Below, piece after piece: positions 24,166 to 34,429 of a stretch of DNA of 64,000 bases (positions within the stretch are counted from its first letter, which is position 1; the number at the start of each line of letters is the position of its first letter). Source of the DNA: an uncultured Alphaproteobacteria bacterium (lineage in GTDB: Bacteria; Pseudomonadota; Alphaproteobacteria; MPNO01; DASWLB01); the NCBI GenBank assembly GCA_963817535.1, contig CAWFOW010000011.1, positions 243,473 through 307,472 of the forward strand, in the 5' to 3' direction. Both the position numbers and the translations under genes were made by a program. The notes under the pieces are model-generated. The model did no database searches and had not been told where the DNA came from. It saw only the letters and a program-made list of their open reading frames with translations.

Positions 24166-24486
24166 ATGACAACGAAGCCCATCTCCGACAATTCGTTCGA
24201 GCGTGATGTTCTCAACGCGCCCGGGCCGGTGCTGGTCGATTTCTGGGCCGAATGGTGCGGGCCGTGCAAGCAGATCGGTCCGTATCTCGAGGAAATCTCG
24301 GATGAGATGTCCGGCAAGGTGACGGTCGCCAAGCTCAACATCGACGACAACCCGATGGCGCCGTCGCGCTACGGAGTGCGTGGTATTCCGACGCTGATCC
24401 TGTTCAAGGACGGCCAGGTGGCGGCCACCAAGGTCGGCGCGCTGCCGAAGTCCAAGCTCGTCGAGTGGATCCACGACTCGATCTAA
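24166..24486 (+). CDS. trxA: thioredoxin
   Basis: WCGPC active site. The ATG at 24166 has a GGGAGAG RBS upstream. Confidence 0.9.
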   Translation: MTTKPISDNSFERDVLNAPGPVLVDFWAEWCGPCKQIGPYLEEISDEMSGKVTVAKLNIDDNPMAPSRYGVRGIPTLILFKDGQVAATKVGALPKSKLVEWIHDSI

Positions 24487-24515
24487 CGAGAGACACCGAC
24501 GCGACGCAGACGACC

Positions 24516-24538
24516 GAAGCCCCGCTTTGCGGGGCTTC
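24516..24538 (+). terminator. rho-independent terminator after trxA
   Basis: gaagccccg-cttt-cggggcttc hairpin followed by gtgattcc. Confidence 0.65.
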
Positions 24539-24573
24539 GTGATTCCGGGGCCGTCGTTTGAACCGAAGAACGC

Positions 24574-27330
24574 TTAACGCGTGACGCGCTGCCACCAGCC
24601 GCGGCGGGTCGGCTTGGATTCGGCCGGCTCCTCGGCGTGCGCGGGGGCGTGCGCCGGTTCCGGCACCCGCTCCGGCTCTGCCTCGGCATGGGCCGGCTCG
24701 CGCGCGGGTTCCGGCTCGGGCACCTGTTCCGGCACGCCGGTCGACCAGGCGATTTCATCGGCGGTCGGGCGCTCGGGCGCGGGCGGTGCCGGTTCGGCCG
24801 ACTCGCTCTCGTCGCTGTCGTCCGCGACGTCCTGGCCGAAACCGGGCTGATCGGCCGAGGTGCCCCAGGGCGCCTCGTGGCCGGGCCCGTGCAGGGAGAA
24901 CGCCGGCGCCTCGTCGAGCTCGTCTTGCGCGGCGGTCGGTGCGTCCTCCGCCCCAGACTCGGCCGTCGGGGCGGACTGTGCCTCGTCACCGTGGCGGCTG
25001 CGACGGCGTCCCCCGCGGCGACCCCGGCGGCGGCGGCGCGGCTCGCCTTCGCCCTCGCCGGCCGGCTCGGCATGGGTTTCGGCAGCAGGCTGGGCTTCGC
25101 CCCCGTCGGCGGGGGCTTCGGCGGTTGCCTCGACCGGCTCGGCCGTTTCGGCGGACTCACCGGGTGTCGCCTCGGCCTGTGGCACGGCCTGATCGCCACC
25201 ACGCCGTCCGCGCCGGCGGCGGCGACGCCGTCCGCGGCCCTCGCCTTGCTCGGACGGCCGCGCCTCGGCCGGCGCCGCAGCGGCGCTCTCCTCGGATTCG
25301 GCCTCGGCCACAGCGGCGGCGGCATCCTCCTCGGCCAGCTCCTCCGGCTCGATATCCTCGACCGGCACCGGCTGGTCGCCGCCGACCGAGGCCGGCACCG
25401 GGCCTTCGCCCGGCGCGCGCGTCTTGACGCGCTCCAGCTTGAAGTCCGGCGGGATCAGCTCGTCGTCGCGCTCGATGTCGACGGTGAAGCCGTAGCGTCC
25501 TTCGATGCCGTTCAGCACCTGGCGCTTCTGGTTGAGGATGTAGAGCGCCACCTCGGTCGGCACGAACACCTTGATGCGTTCCGAGCGGTGGCGAATGCCC
25601 TCTTCCTCGATGGCGCGCAGTACGTGCACGGCGGTCGACTCGGTCGAGCGCACATGACCCGCGCCGCGGCAGTACGGGCAGATCTGGGTCGAGGCTTCCA
25701 GAAGGCTCGGGCGCAGCCTCTGGCGCGACAGCTCGAGAAGCCCGAACGGGCTGATGCGTCCGACCTGCAGCCGGGCGCGGTCGATCTTCATCGCCTCCTT
25801 GAGGCGGCGCTCGACCGCGCGCTGGTTGCGGCCTTCCTCCATATCGATGAAGTCGATGACGATCAGGCCGGCCAGGTCGCGAAGGCGAAGCTGGCGCGCC
25901 ACCTCGTCCGCGGCCTCCAGATTGGTCTTGGTCGCCGTCTCCTCGATGTTGCGCTCGCGCGTCGCGCGGCCGGAGTTGACGTCGATCGCGACCAGCGCCT
26001 CGGTCGGGTTGATGACGATGTAGCCGCCCGACTTGAGCTGCACGACGGGCGAGTGCATCTGGGCGAGCTGGCCCTCCACCTGGAAGCGGTGGAACAGCGG
26101 AATCTCGCCGCGATAAAGCTGGACCTTCTTCGCATGGGACGGCATGAGCAGCCGCATGAAGGTCTTGGCCGTCTGGTAGGCGTCCGCGCCCTCGACCAGG
26201 ACCTCGTCGATCTCCTTCACGTAAAGATCGCGGATCGCGCGCTTGATCAGGTTGCCTTCCTCGTAGACGAGGCAGGGGGCGGTCGATTTCAACGTCAGTT
26301 CGCGCACCGTGTCCCAGGCGCGCAGCAGGAAGTCGAGGTCGCGCTTGATCTCGGGCTTCGAGCGCTCGACGCCCGCGGTGCGCATGATGACGCCCATATG
26401 CTCGGGGATCTCGAGCTCGCTGAGCACCTTGCGCAGCTTGCGCCGGTCGGCCGGGTTGGAGATCTTGCGGCTGATGCCGCCGCCGCGCGCCGTGTTGGGC
26501 ATCAGCACCGCGTAGCGCCCGGCGAGCGAAAGGTACGTCGTCAGTGCCGCACCCTTGTTGCCGCGCTCCTCCTTGACGACCTGGACCAGCAGGATCTGGC
26601 GGCGCTTGATGACCTCCTGGATCTTGTAGTGGCGGTGCGGCCGCACGCGGCGGCGCTCCACCTCCTCGGTCTCGTCGCCGCCGACCGTCTCGACATGGCC
26701 GGAAGCCGGCGACTCCGATGCCTCGTCGCCCGCGCTTGCGGGCTCGGCGGACGCCGGCTGACTTTCGACCTCGCCGTCGCCTTCGCTCACCGGCGTGGCG
26801 ATGGTGTCGGCCGAGCCCTCGAACATGGCGGCTTGCGCCGGCGTGTCCTGCGGGTCGTCCGAGGGGTTGATCGCGCTATCGGTCTCGTCGGTCGGCGGCT
26901 CGCTCTCGATGTGTGACTCGAACTCGTGGCTGGAATCCGCGTCGTCGGCGAAAAACTCGGCGTCCTCGCCTTCTTCGGCCTGCCCGCGCGCCTCGGCGTC
27001 CTCGCCTTCTTCGTCGTCGGCCTCGGCCGCGGCCTTGGCTTGCAGCCGCGCCTCCTCGGCGAGCAGCGCTTCGCGGTCGGCGACCGGGATCTGGTAATAG
27101 TCCGGATGGATTTCCGAGAACGCCAGGAAACCGTGGCGGTTGCCGCCATAGTCGACGAAGGCGGCCTGCAGCGACGGCTCGACGCGCGTCACCTTGGCCA
27201 GATAGATGTTGCCCTTGAGCTGGGTCTTGGTCGAGGTCTCGAAATCGAACTCTTCGAGACGATTGCCGTTCAGCACCACCACCCGAGTCTCTTCCGGATG
27301 CGTGCCGTCGATCAGCATGCGATATGACAT
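24574..27330 (-). CDS. rne: ribonuclease E
   Basis: 918 aa. N-terminal S1 and catalytic domain (MSYRMLIDGTHPEETRVVVL...AFVDYGGNRHGFL...). C-terminal Arg/Glu/Ala-rich low-complexity scaffold region. Confidence 0.9.
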   Translation of the reverse strand: MSYRMLIDGTHPEETRVVVLNGNRLEEFDFETSTKTQLKGNIYLAKVTRVEPSLQAAFVDYGGNRHGFLAFSEIHPDYYQIPVADREALLAEEARLQAKAAAEADDEEGEDAEARGQAEEGEDAEFFADDADSSHEFESHIESEPPTDETDSAINPSDDPQDTPAQAAMFEGSADTIATPVSEGDGEVESQPASAEPASAGDEASESPASGHVETVGGDETEEVERRRVRPHRHYKIQEVIKRRQILLVQVVKEERGNKGAALTTYLSLAGRYAVLMPNTARGGGISRKISNPADRRKLRKVLSELEIPEHMGVIMRTAGVERSKPEIKRDLDFLLRAWDTVRELTLKSTAPCLVYEEGNLIKRAIRDLYVKEIDEVLVEGADAYQTAKTFMRLLMPSHAKKVQLYRGEIPLFHRFQVEGQLAQMHSPVVQLKSGGYIVINPTEALVAIDVNSGRATRERNIEETATKTNLEAADEVARQLRLRDLAGLIVIDFIDMEEGRNQRAVERRLKEAMKIDRARLQVGRISPFGLLELSRQRLRPSLLEASTQICPYCRGAGHVRSTESTAVHVLRAIEEEGIRHRSERIKVFVPTEVALYILNQKRQVLNGIEGRYGFTVDIERDDELIPPDFKLERVKTRAPGEGPVPASVGGDQPVPVEDIEPEELAEEDAAAAVAEAESEESAAAAPAEARPSEQGEGRGRRRRRRRGRRGGDQAVPQAEATPGESAETAEPVEATAEAPADGGEAQPAAETHAEPAGEGEGEPRRRRRGRRGGRRRSRHGDEAQSAPTAESGAEDAPTAAQDELDEAPAFSLHGPGHEAPWGTSADQPGFGQDVADDSDESESAEPAPPAPERPTADEIAWSTGVPEQVPEPEPAREPAHAEAEPERVPEPAHAPAHAEEPAESKPTRRGWWQRVTR

Positions 27331-27821
27331 GAAATCTTGCTCCGGCCCGAAACCGCGGACTCCGCGCGAACAAGCGGAGACGGTCGGGCTCTTGTAATCG
27401 AGGCCGGCGGCGCCATTGGTCGGTTCGATCCGGGCGCGCTCCTGGCGAATACCTCGCCGCGCGCCGTCGCGGACCCTTCAAGGCGGCCGTCACCCGGTCA
27501 TAGGGACCGGCCTCGTTGTCCTTACCATTACCCCGGAACGTTCGGGCGCCGCCTCCGGACCGCTGCACCGGGCGTACGTCGCTCCGGCCTGGTCCGACGC
27601 CGCACCTGCCCGCGGCCAATGCGCGGCGGGCGACGGTTCCGTGGCGTGTTCGCCCACTTAACATAATCCTCGCGCTCGGCCGCTACAATCGATAATGCGT
27701 TGACGACGATGTGGCCAAGCCTCTGGGATTCTGGGGTTTATGGCTGGATCGGGCCGATTCGCGTTGCGGCGACGCAGACGCTCCGGCTATATGTGGGGGA
27801 AGGAGAGAGGCGATCCACAGC
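27331..27821 (-). promoter_or_regulatory. long rne 5' leader / divergent rne-amiC control region
   Basis: About 490 bp non-coding between the rne ATG (27330) and the amiC ATG (27822). RNase E genes are known to have long structured autoregulatory leaders. Confidence 0.4.
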
Positions 27822-29039
27822 ATGTGGGAGGCTCGGCTGAGGGGGATAGCCGCCCTGTTCGCCGTTTCGCTGGCGTTCGCAGGTCTCGTCCTGCGGCCGG
27901 CTGCGGCCGGGGACGCACGGCCGGTGGTGACCGACGCCCGCATCGGCGCCCACGGCACCACCACGCGCTTCGTGATCGAGCTCAGCGCGCCCGCGCCCTA
28001 CCATGTCTTTCTGCTGGCCGAGCCGTACCGCGCGGTGATCGACCTTCCCGAGGTCGATTGGCGCCTGCCGGCGAATGCCGAGAGCGGGCGCGGCGTCATC
28101 ACCGCCCGGCGCTACGGGTTGTTCAAGCCGGGCACGTCGCGCGTGGTACTCGACCTTTCCGAACCCGTTGCGGTCGCCAAGTCGTTCGCCCTGCCGCCGA
28201 TCGGCGGTGCCGGAAACCGCATCGTCCTCGACCTCAAGCCGACCACGCGGTCCGCCTTTCTTGCGGCCGTGCGCGGCGCAGCCGTCCCGGCGCCGGCCGC
28301 CGCGATGCCCGCGGTTCCGCCGCTACCCAGGCGCCGCCCCGGCGACCGGCGGCTGGTCGCCATCGATCCCGGTCACGGCGGCATCGACCCGGGAACCATC
28401 GGGGTCGGGCGGGTGTTTGAAAAGAACGTGACCCTCGCCATGGCGCGGATTCTAAAAAAAGCGCTACAGGATACAGGACGTTACGACGCGATGCTGACAC
28501 GCGACACGGACGTGTTCATCGAGTTGCGCGATCGAATCAAGATCGCCCAGCAAGCCAATGCGGACGTGTTCCTTTCTCTGCATGCGGACTCGCTGTCGGA
28601 CCGGTCCGTGCGCGGCGCTTCCGTCTATACCCTGTCCGAGACCTCGTCGGACGCCGAGGCCGCGGCGCTGGCCGCGAAGGAGAACCGTGCCGATGCGCTG
28701 GCGGGTGTCGATCTTTCGGGTCACAGCCAGCCGGTCGCGCAGATACTGATCGAACTGACCCAGCGCGTCACGATGAACGCGTCGTCCGTGCTCGCCCGCA
28801 CCCTGGTCGGCGAGCTGCAGGGCATCGAGCCCTTGTTGCCGAAGACGCACCGCTATGCCGGATTCGCCGTGCTGAAATCGCCCGAAATCCCCTCGGCGCT
28901 GATCGAGATGGGGTATCTGTCGAACCGGATCGACGCGCGCGCGCTGGAGACTCCGCGCTTCCGCAGCAAGTTCGCGGCCGCTGTCGTCCGTGCGCTCGAC
29001 CGCTTTTTCGCCCGGCAGGAGGCGTTGAACCGGCCATAG
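27822..29039 (+). CDS. amiC: N-acetylmuramoyl-L-alanine amidase (AmiC-like, AMIN domain + amidase_3)
   Basis: Signal peptide MWEARLRGIAALFAVSLAFAGLVLRPAAAG, LVAIDPGHGG...SLHADS amidase_3 motifs. The ATG at 27822 has an aggagagagg RBS. Confidence 0.85.
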   Translation: MWEARLRGIAALFAVSLAFAGLVLRPAAAGDARPVVTDARIGAHGTTTRFVIELSAPAPYHVFLLAEPYRAVIDLPEVDWRLPANAESGRGVITARRYGLFKPGTSRVVLDLSEPVAVAKSFALPPIGGAGNRIVLDLKPTTRSAFLAAVRGAAVPAPAAAMPAVPPLPRRRPGDRRLVAIDPGHGGIDPGTIGVGRVFEKNVTLAMARILKKALQDTGRYDAMLTRDTDVFIELRDRIKIAQQANADVFLSLHADSLSDRSVRGASVYTLSETSSDAEAAALAAKENRADALAGVDLSGHSQPVAQILIELTQRVTMNASSVLARTLVGELQGIEPLLPKTHRYAGFAVLKSPEIPSALIEMGYLSNRIDARALETPRFRSKFAAAVVRALDRFFARQEALNRP

Positions 29040-29118
29040 CTCGGCCACATTTTCCCGGCAGTTTTCGGCCGGATCGGGGATGCCGGCATTCGCGCATTCT
29101 CCGTTGCGAGGGAAGGAC

Positions 29119-31554
29119 ATGGTTAGGGTCGCCGTCTGGCTGGTCCTGGGGCTCGTTGTCTGTACGGTCACCGTGGTGGGCGGGGTCTTTGCGCTGTTCT
29201 ACGAGTACGGGCGCGGACTGCCGGACTACAAGCAGCTCGCCGACTACAGCCCGCCGATGGTCACCCGCGTCTATGCCGGCGACGGGCGGCTGCTCGCCGA
29301 GTATGCGCGGGAGAAGCGCGTGTTCGTGCCGGTCTCGGCGATCCCCAAGCGGGTGATCAAGGCGTTCATCGCCGCCGAGGACCGCAACTTCTACAGCCAT
29401 CCCGGCATCGACTTCATGGGGACGGCGCGCGCCGCCTTCACCAACCTCACCCGGCTCGGCAGCGACCGCCGGCCCGTCGGCGGTTCGACCATCACCCAGC
29501 AGGTGGCCAAGAACTTCCTGCTGACCAACGAGGTCTCGATCACCCGCAAGATCAAGGAGGCGATCCTCGCCTTCCGGATCGAGCGCACCTTCTCGAAGAA
29601 CCGCATCCTCGAGCTCTATTTGAACGAGATCTATCTCGGGCAGGGCTCGTACGGCGTCGCCGCCGCGGCGCTCAACTACTTCAACAAGGCGCTCGACGAC
29701 CTGACCATCGCCGAGGCGGCCTTCCTCGCCGGGCTGCCGAAGGCGCCCAACAATTACAGCCCGCAGCGCCATCCCGAGGCCGCCCGCGCGCGGCGCGACT
29801 ATGTGATCCACCGGATGGTCGAGGACGGCTACATCACCGGGGCCGAGGCCCAGCGCGCCCTGCTGACGCCGCTCGAGGTGCGCGCGCGCGACGATACCGA
29901 GCTGGTGACGGCCGACTTCTTCTCCGAGGACGTTCGGCGCGAGCTGGTGGCGCGCTACGGCAAATCCAAGCTCTATGCCGGCGGGCTCTCCGTCCGCACG
30001 ACGCTCGATCCCCGGCTGCAGCGCTACGCGCGGAAGGCGCTGCGCGACGGGCTGATCGACTATGACCGGCGCCATGGCTGGCGCGGGCCGCTGGCGCACA
30101 TGCGGCTCGATGCCAACTGGAAGGTCCGCCTGAACGAGATGGAGCGTCCGGCCGCACTCGGCGAGTGGCGCATTGCCCTCGTCACCGGCGTCGATCGCGA
30201 GGCGGCCTGGATCCGGCTTTCCGACGGCACCGAGGGGTTCATCACCATGGACAACCTCGAATGGGCGCGGAAAACGCTGCCGGACCAGCGCTTCGGGGTG
30301 AAGCCGCGCACGCCTTCCGACGTGCTGGACAAGGGCGACGTGATCGCCGTCGCGCCGGCACCGCCCGGCAAGGACGGCAAGGCCGCCGCGCCGGGCTCCT
30401 ATGCGCTGGAGCAGATTCCCGCGGTCGACGGCGCGATCGTGGCGCTCGATCCGCACACCGGGCGCGTGCTCGCCATGGTCGGCGGGTTCGATTATGCCCG
30501 CAGCCAGTTCAACCGCGCGACCCAGGCCTATCGCCAGCCCGGCTCGGCCTTCAAGCCGCTGGTCTATCTCACCGCGCTGGAGGACGGGTTCACGCCCAAC
30601 CGCATCGTTCTCGACGCGCCGTTCGTCATCGACCAGGGGCCCGGCCTGCCGAAATGGCGCCCCAGCAACTACGAGAACAAGTTCTTCGGGCCGAGCCCGA
30701 TGCGTGTCGGGCTGGAGGAGTCGCGCAACCTGATGACGGTGCGCATCGCCCAGGCGGTCGGCATGGATCGCATCGCCGCGACCGCGCACGAGTTCGGCGT
30801 GATCGACGACCTGCCGCGCGTGCTGTCGATGGCGCTGGGCGCGGGCGAGACGACGCTGCTGCGCCTGACCACCGCCTACGGCATGTTCGTCAATGGCGGC
30901 AAGAAGATCACGCCCACGATGATCGATCGCATTCAGGACCGCGAGGGCAAGACGATCTTCCGCCACGACAAGCGGCCCTGCGCGCAATGCACCAACGTCG
31001 CCTGGCACGGCCAGGATCCGCCGATGGTGCCCGACACGCGCGAGCAGGTGGCCGATCCGCAGTCGAGCTACCAGCTCGTCTCGATGCTGCAGGGCGTGGT
31101 GCAGCGCGGCACGGGCCGGCGCGTGGCGTCGATCGGCAAGCCGCTGGCCGGCAAGACCGGCACGACCAACGACAGCGAGGACACCTGGTTCATCGGCTTC
31201 ACGCCGGACCTAGTGGCCGGCGTGTTCGTGGGCTTCGACACGCCGCGCACGCTGGGCCGCCACGAGACCGGCTCGTCCGTCTCCTCGCCGATCTTCAAGG
31301 AGTTCATGGAGCACGCGCTGGACGGCAAGCCCGGCATCCCGTTCCGCATTCCGCCGGGCATCCGACTGGTGCGGGTGAACGAGAAGAACGGCGAGCTGGC
31401 GCGCGCGGGCGACCGCGACGTGATCCTCGAGGCGTTCAAGCCCGGCACCGAGCCGGGCTCGGAGTCAAGTCCGGCCCAGGTGCTCGACGGCTCCGGCGGC
31501 AGTGCACCCGGTCCGGCCGTGATGCCGGTCGGCGACGTCCGCGGGCTGTATTAG
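29119..31554 (+). CDS. mrcA: class A penicillin-binding protein 1A (transglycosylase/transpeptidase)
   Basis: GT51 motifs (EDRNFYSHPGID, GGSTITQQ) and transpeptidase domain. The ATG at 29119 has a GAGGGAAGGA RBS. Confidence 0.9.
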   Translation: MVRVAVWLVLGLVVCTVTVVGGVFALFYEYGRGLPDYKQLADYSPPMVTRVYAGDGRLLAEYAREKRVFVPVSAIPKRVIKAFIAAEDRNFYSHPGIDFMGTARAAFTNLTRLGSDRRPVGGSTITQQVAKNFLLTNEVSITRKIKEAILAFRIERTFSKNRILELYLNEIYLGQGSYGVAAAALNYFNKALDDLTIAEAAFLAGLPKAPNNYSPQRHPEAARARRDYVIHRMVEDGYITGAEAQRALLTPLEVRARDDTELVTADFFSEDVRRELVARYGKSKLYAGGLSVRTTLDPRLQRYARKALRDGLIDYDRRHGWRGPLAHMRLDANWKVRLNEMERPAALGEWRIALVTGVDREAAWIRLSDGTEGFITMDNLEWARKTLPDQRFGVKPRTPSDVLDKGDVIAVAPAPPGKDGKAAAPGSYALEQIPAVDGAIVALDPHTGRVLAMVGGFDYARSQFNRATQAYRQPGSAFKPLVYLTALEDGFTPNRIVLDAPFVIDQGPGLPKWRPSNYENKFFGPSPMRVGLEESRNLMTVRIAQAVGMDRIAATAHEFGVIDDLPRVLSMALGAGETTLLRLTTAYGMFVNGGKKITPTMIDRIQDREGKTIFRHDKRPCAQCTNVAWHGQDPPMVPDTREQVADPQSSYQLVSMLQGVVQRGTGRRVASIGKPLAGKTGTTNDSEDTWFIGFTPDLVAGVFVGFDTPRTLGRHETGSSVSSPIFKEFMEHALDGKPGIPFRIPPGIRLVRVNEKNGELARAGDRDVILEAFKPGTEPGSESSPAQVLDGSGGSAPGPAVMPVGDVRGLY

Positions 31555-31572
31555 CGATTGGCGAGAACAAAT

Positions 31573-31637
31573 GGGGGCGGGTCGGGCCCCCGCCCCCGTA
31601 CTGCAATCGAAGCGGGCCGGCGGATGGCCGGCCGCCC
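31573..31637. terminator. bidirectional GC-rich hairpins between convergent mrcA and ABC binding-protein gene
   Basis: gggggcggg-tcgggcc-cccgccccc and ggccggc-ggat-gccggcc stem-loops. No U-tract, as is common in high-GC genomes. Confidence 0.45.
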
Positions 31638-31648
31638 CCGGACCCCCG

Positions 31649-32674
31649 TCAGCTCTTCGGGCCGACCTTGGTCGGCACGTAATTGGCTTCCTTCAACGTC
31701 TTTTCCAGAAGGTCGCGCGCCACCCACTGCTCGGGATCGGGCAGCGGCTTGTCCTTGGGCCAGGCATGCGAACGGATCATCGTCTGGCGCCGTGACTCGA
31801 ACAGAGCGTGGAACTGGTCCTTCGGCAGCTCCGCCCCGAAGGCGTCGTGGAGCTGGTCCCACACGATCCCGGCGGTCGCGTCGTCCTTGAAGCCGAGATA
31901 TTTTTTCAGGATCGGCATCGAGCCTTCCTTGTTCGAGCGGAAGAACGTGACCGCCTGGGCGATCGATTTGATGAACGCCTTGACCGTGTCGGGATGCGAA
32001 TCGAAGTATTTCCGCGTCATCCAGAAGCATCCGCCGACGCGGGGCAGGTAGTCGCCCGTGCGCAGCAGCACGTGGTAATTGCCGGTCTTGAGCGCCTGCG
32101 CCGCATGCGGCACCGACAGCAGCGCCGCCTTGACGTCGCCGTTGATCAGCGCGGCGAGCTGGCCGGTTTCCGACTGGAACGAGATCACCTTGTATTCCTT
32201 GCCGGGGCGCATCTTGAAGAAGCGCGCGAGGACCGCCGCGCCCTCGTCGAAATTGGCGCCGCCTTCCTGGCCGTACCCGATCGTCAGCCCCTTGAGCTGC
32301 TCGGCCTTGGTGATGTCCTTCGTCGTCACGAAGGTCCATTGCGAGCGCAGCGACTCGTTGACGACATAGACCATCTTCGCGCCGCGCAGCGCGGCCTGGG
32401 CCCCGCCCGACGGGATCGGGATGGTGTCGACATTGCCGGCGAGCGCGGCAGTGATCAGCGGGCGGCCGCCCATCTCGACCCAGCTCGCGTCGATCCCGTT
32501 CTGCTTGTAGTAGCCCTTCGCCATCGCGACGTAGCTGGGGATGTGGAAGCCGTTGCCCCCGATCACCATGCCGATACGGATCTTGTGGTCGTCGGCCTGC
32601 GCCGTCCCGGCGGCCAGCGACAGGGCGAAGCCGGCCGCGACAATCGACGAAAGCACGAATTTCAGCGTACGCAT
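31649..32674 (-). CDS. ABC transporter substrate-binding protein, NitT/TauT (sulfonate/nitrate/taurine) family
   Basis: Signal peptide MRTLKFVLSSIVAAGFALSLAAGTAQA. The ATG at 32674 has a GGGAGGG RBS. SsuA/TauA-like fold. Confidence 0.8.
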   Translation of the reverse strand: MRTLKFVLSSIVAAGFALSLAAGTAQADDHKIRIGMVIGGNGFHIPSYVAMAKGYYKQNGIDASWVEMGGRPLITAALAGNVDTIPIPSGGAQAALRGAKMVYVVNESLRSQWTFVTTKDITKAEQLKGLTIGYGQEGGANFDEGAAVLARFFKMRPGKEYKVISFQSETGQLAALINGDVKAALLSVPHAAQALKTGNYHVLLRTGDYLPRVGGCFWMTRKYFDSHPDTVKAFIKSIAQAVTFFRSNKEGSMPILKKYLGFKDDATAGIVWDQLHDAFGAELPKDQFHALFESRRQTMIRSHAWPKDKPLPDPEQWVARDLLEKTLKEANYVPTKVGPKS

Positions 32675-32729
32675 GTTGCCCTCCCTAGATAATGCCCAAT
32701 AGAGCGATGCACGTGGACAGTCGGACGCA

Positions 32730-33587
32730 TCAGTCCGCGGCAAGCTGTTGTGGACGCCAGCGGCTCAGGCGGTTCTCGAGGATTTTGACCAGTGCGGTCA
32801 TGACGAGCGACAGCGCCGCGAACACGATCACCCCGGCGAACACGACGTCGACCTGGTAGTGCCCGGCCGCGCGCACCATGATCACGCCGAGCCCCTCGGT
32901 CGAGCCGAAGAACTCCGATACCACGACGCCCAGGATCGCGCGTCCGATGGCGAGGCGCAGCCCGGCGACGATGTAGGGCATCGCGTTCGGCACGACGACC
33001 ATCTTCGCGATCTGCCATTCGTTGGCGCCGAATGCGCGCACCACGTTGACCAGAACCCGGTCGGTGTTGCGCACGCCTTCGTAGGTGTTGATCAGCATCG
33101 GCAGCAGCGCGCCGAGGAACACGACGGCGACCTTCGACCACAGCCCGAGCCCGAGCCACAGCAGGAGCAGCGGCAGGAAGACGAGCCGCGGCGTCGCGTT
33201 GAGCGCGGTGACGAACGGGTCGAGCATCGCGTTGAGGATCGCCGACCGGCCGATCAGCACGCCGAGCGGCAGCCCGACGGCGATCGCGAGCCCGAGCCCG
33301 ATGCCGAACCCCGAGGCGCTGACCCCGAGCGGCCCCCAGATGCTGCCGCTCGCGAACATCTCCCACAACGTGCCGGCCACCTGGCTCGGGGTGGCGAAGA
33401 ACAGCTTGGTGCCGGGCGACAGCTCCACCACGCGCGGCAGGATCTCCCACGCAAACAGGCAGACGACGATCGTGGCGGCGCCGAGAGCGGTGGACTCCCA
33501 GCGCTGCCACGCGGTCTGGGCGGGCGGGCTGTCCGTCTCGGACGGGACGTCGGCCGCTCCGGCCGGCAGGGTTCGGGTGTCGTCCAT
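32730..33587 (-). CDS. ABC transporter permease (NitT/TauT family)
   Basis: 285 aa with 6 TM helices and EAA-like loop. Confidence 0.8.
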   Translation of the reverse strand: MDDTRTLPAGAADVPSETDSPPAQTAWQRWESTALGAATIVVCLFAWEILPRVVELSPGTKLFFATPSQVAGTLWEMFASGSIWGPLGVSASGFGIGLGLAIAVGLPLGVLIGRSAILNAMLDPFVTALNATPRLVFLPLLLLWLGLGLWSKVAVVFLGALLPMLINTYEGVRNTDRVLVNVVRAFGANEWQIAKMVVVPNAMPYIVAGLRLAIGRAILGVVVSEFFGSTEGLGVIMVRAAGHYQVDVVFAGVIVFAALSLVMTALVKILENRLSRWRPQQLAAD

Positions 33588-33588
33588 C

Positions 33589-34425
33589 CTAGTTTCCCGC
33601 TCGCCACGGGAAGGCGGCGCGCTCGGCCCAGCGGATGCCCTCGGTCAGCACGACGGCGAGGACCATGATGATCACGATCGCCCCGAACATGCGGTCCATC
33701 GCGAACAGGTTGCCGAAGCGCTGGATGGCGTAGCCGATGCCTTCGGAGGCGGCGAAGAACTCGCCGATCAATATGCCGATCAGGGCGCGGCCGACCGCGA
33801 TGCGCGCGCCGGCGACGATGTAGGGCAGCACGCTCGGCACGATCACTTTCCAGTAGAGGTCGCGCTCCTTGCCGCCCATCGACCGGACGACGTTGATCAG
33901 CAGCGGATCCACCGCGTGCACGCCGGCATAGGCGTTGAACATGAACGGGAACACCGCGAGCACGAAGATGATCAGCATCTTCGACAGAACGCCCACGCCG
34001 AAGAACACGACGAACAGCGGTGCCAGGGCGACCAGCGGGCTGGCATAGAGAAGCGTCATCAACGGGTCGAGCGCGTAGCCCACGCGCGTGCGCCAGCCCA
34101 TCACGATGCCAAGCGAAATACCGACGATCGAGGCGCATACGAAGCCGTAGAGGAACGGCACGCCCGACACGGCCAGGTCGTTGCCCAGATCGCCCTCCTG
34201 GGCCATGTCGACCAGCGCCCAGAAGATCAGGCTCGGCTTGGTGATGAACAGCGGGTCGAACGGCACCACGAGGAACGCCGCTTGCCACGCGGCGAGGAAC
34301 AGCACCACCGCAAGCGCACCCAGCAACGGCTTGCGATTGCGTTGCAGGAAGGAGTCCCGCGGCACAACTTCGCCGGCGTCATCCTCGGCGGCGGGCGCGG
34401 CGGTGCGGCTGACGGTGGCGTTCAT
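33589..34425 (-). CDS. ABC transporter permease (NitT/TauT family), second copy
   Basis: 278 aa, paralogous permease. Confidence 0.8.
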   Translation of the reverse strand: MNATVSRTAAPAAEDDAGEVVPRDSFLQRNRKPLLGALAVVLFLAAWQAAFLVVPFDPLFITKPSLIFWALVDMAQEGDLGNDLAVSGVPFLYGFVCASIVGISLGIVMGWRTRVGYALDPLMTLLYASPLVALAPLFVVFFGVGVLSKMLIIFVLAVFPFMFNAYAGVHAVDPLLINVVRSMGGKERDLYWKVIVPSVLPYIVAGARIAVGRALIGILIGEFFAASEGIGYAIQRFGNLFAMDRMFGAIVIIMVLAVVLTEGIRWAERAAFPWRAGN

Positions 34426-34429
34426 GGGC

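Noticed and set aside
24637-26916. 759-aa plus-strand ORF antisense to rne (and the overlapping 280-aa minus ORF 24483..25325)
   Set aside because: It is an antisense or alternative-frame artefact within the repetitive Arg/Glu-rich region of RNase E.
24850-27200. Tandem repeats in rne as a CRISPR-like or independent repeat feature
   Set aside because: The repeats are in-frame coding repeats of the Arg/Glu/Pro-rich RNase E scaffold region, not spacer-repeat architecture.
28768-31008. 746-aa minus-strand ORF antisense to mrcA
   Set aside because: It is a high-GC antisense artefact. PBP1A on the plus strand has all diagnostic motifs.
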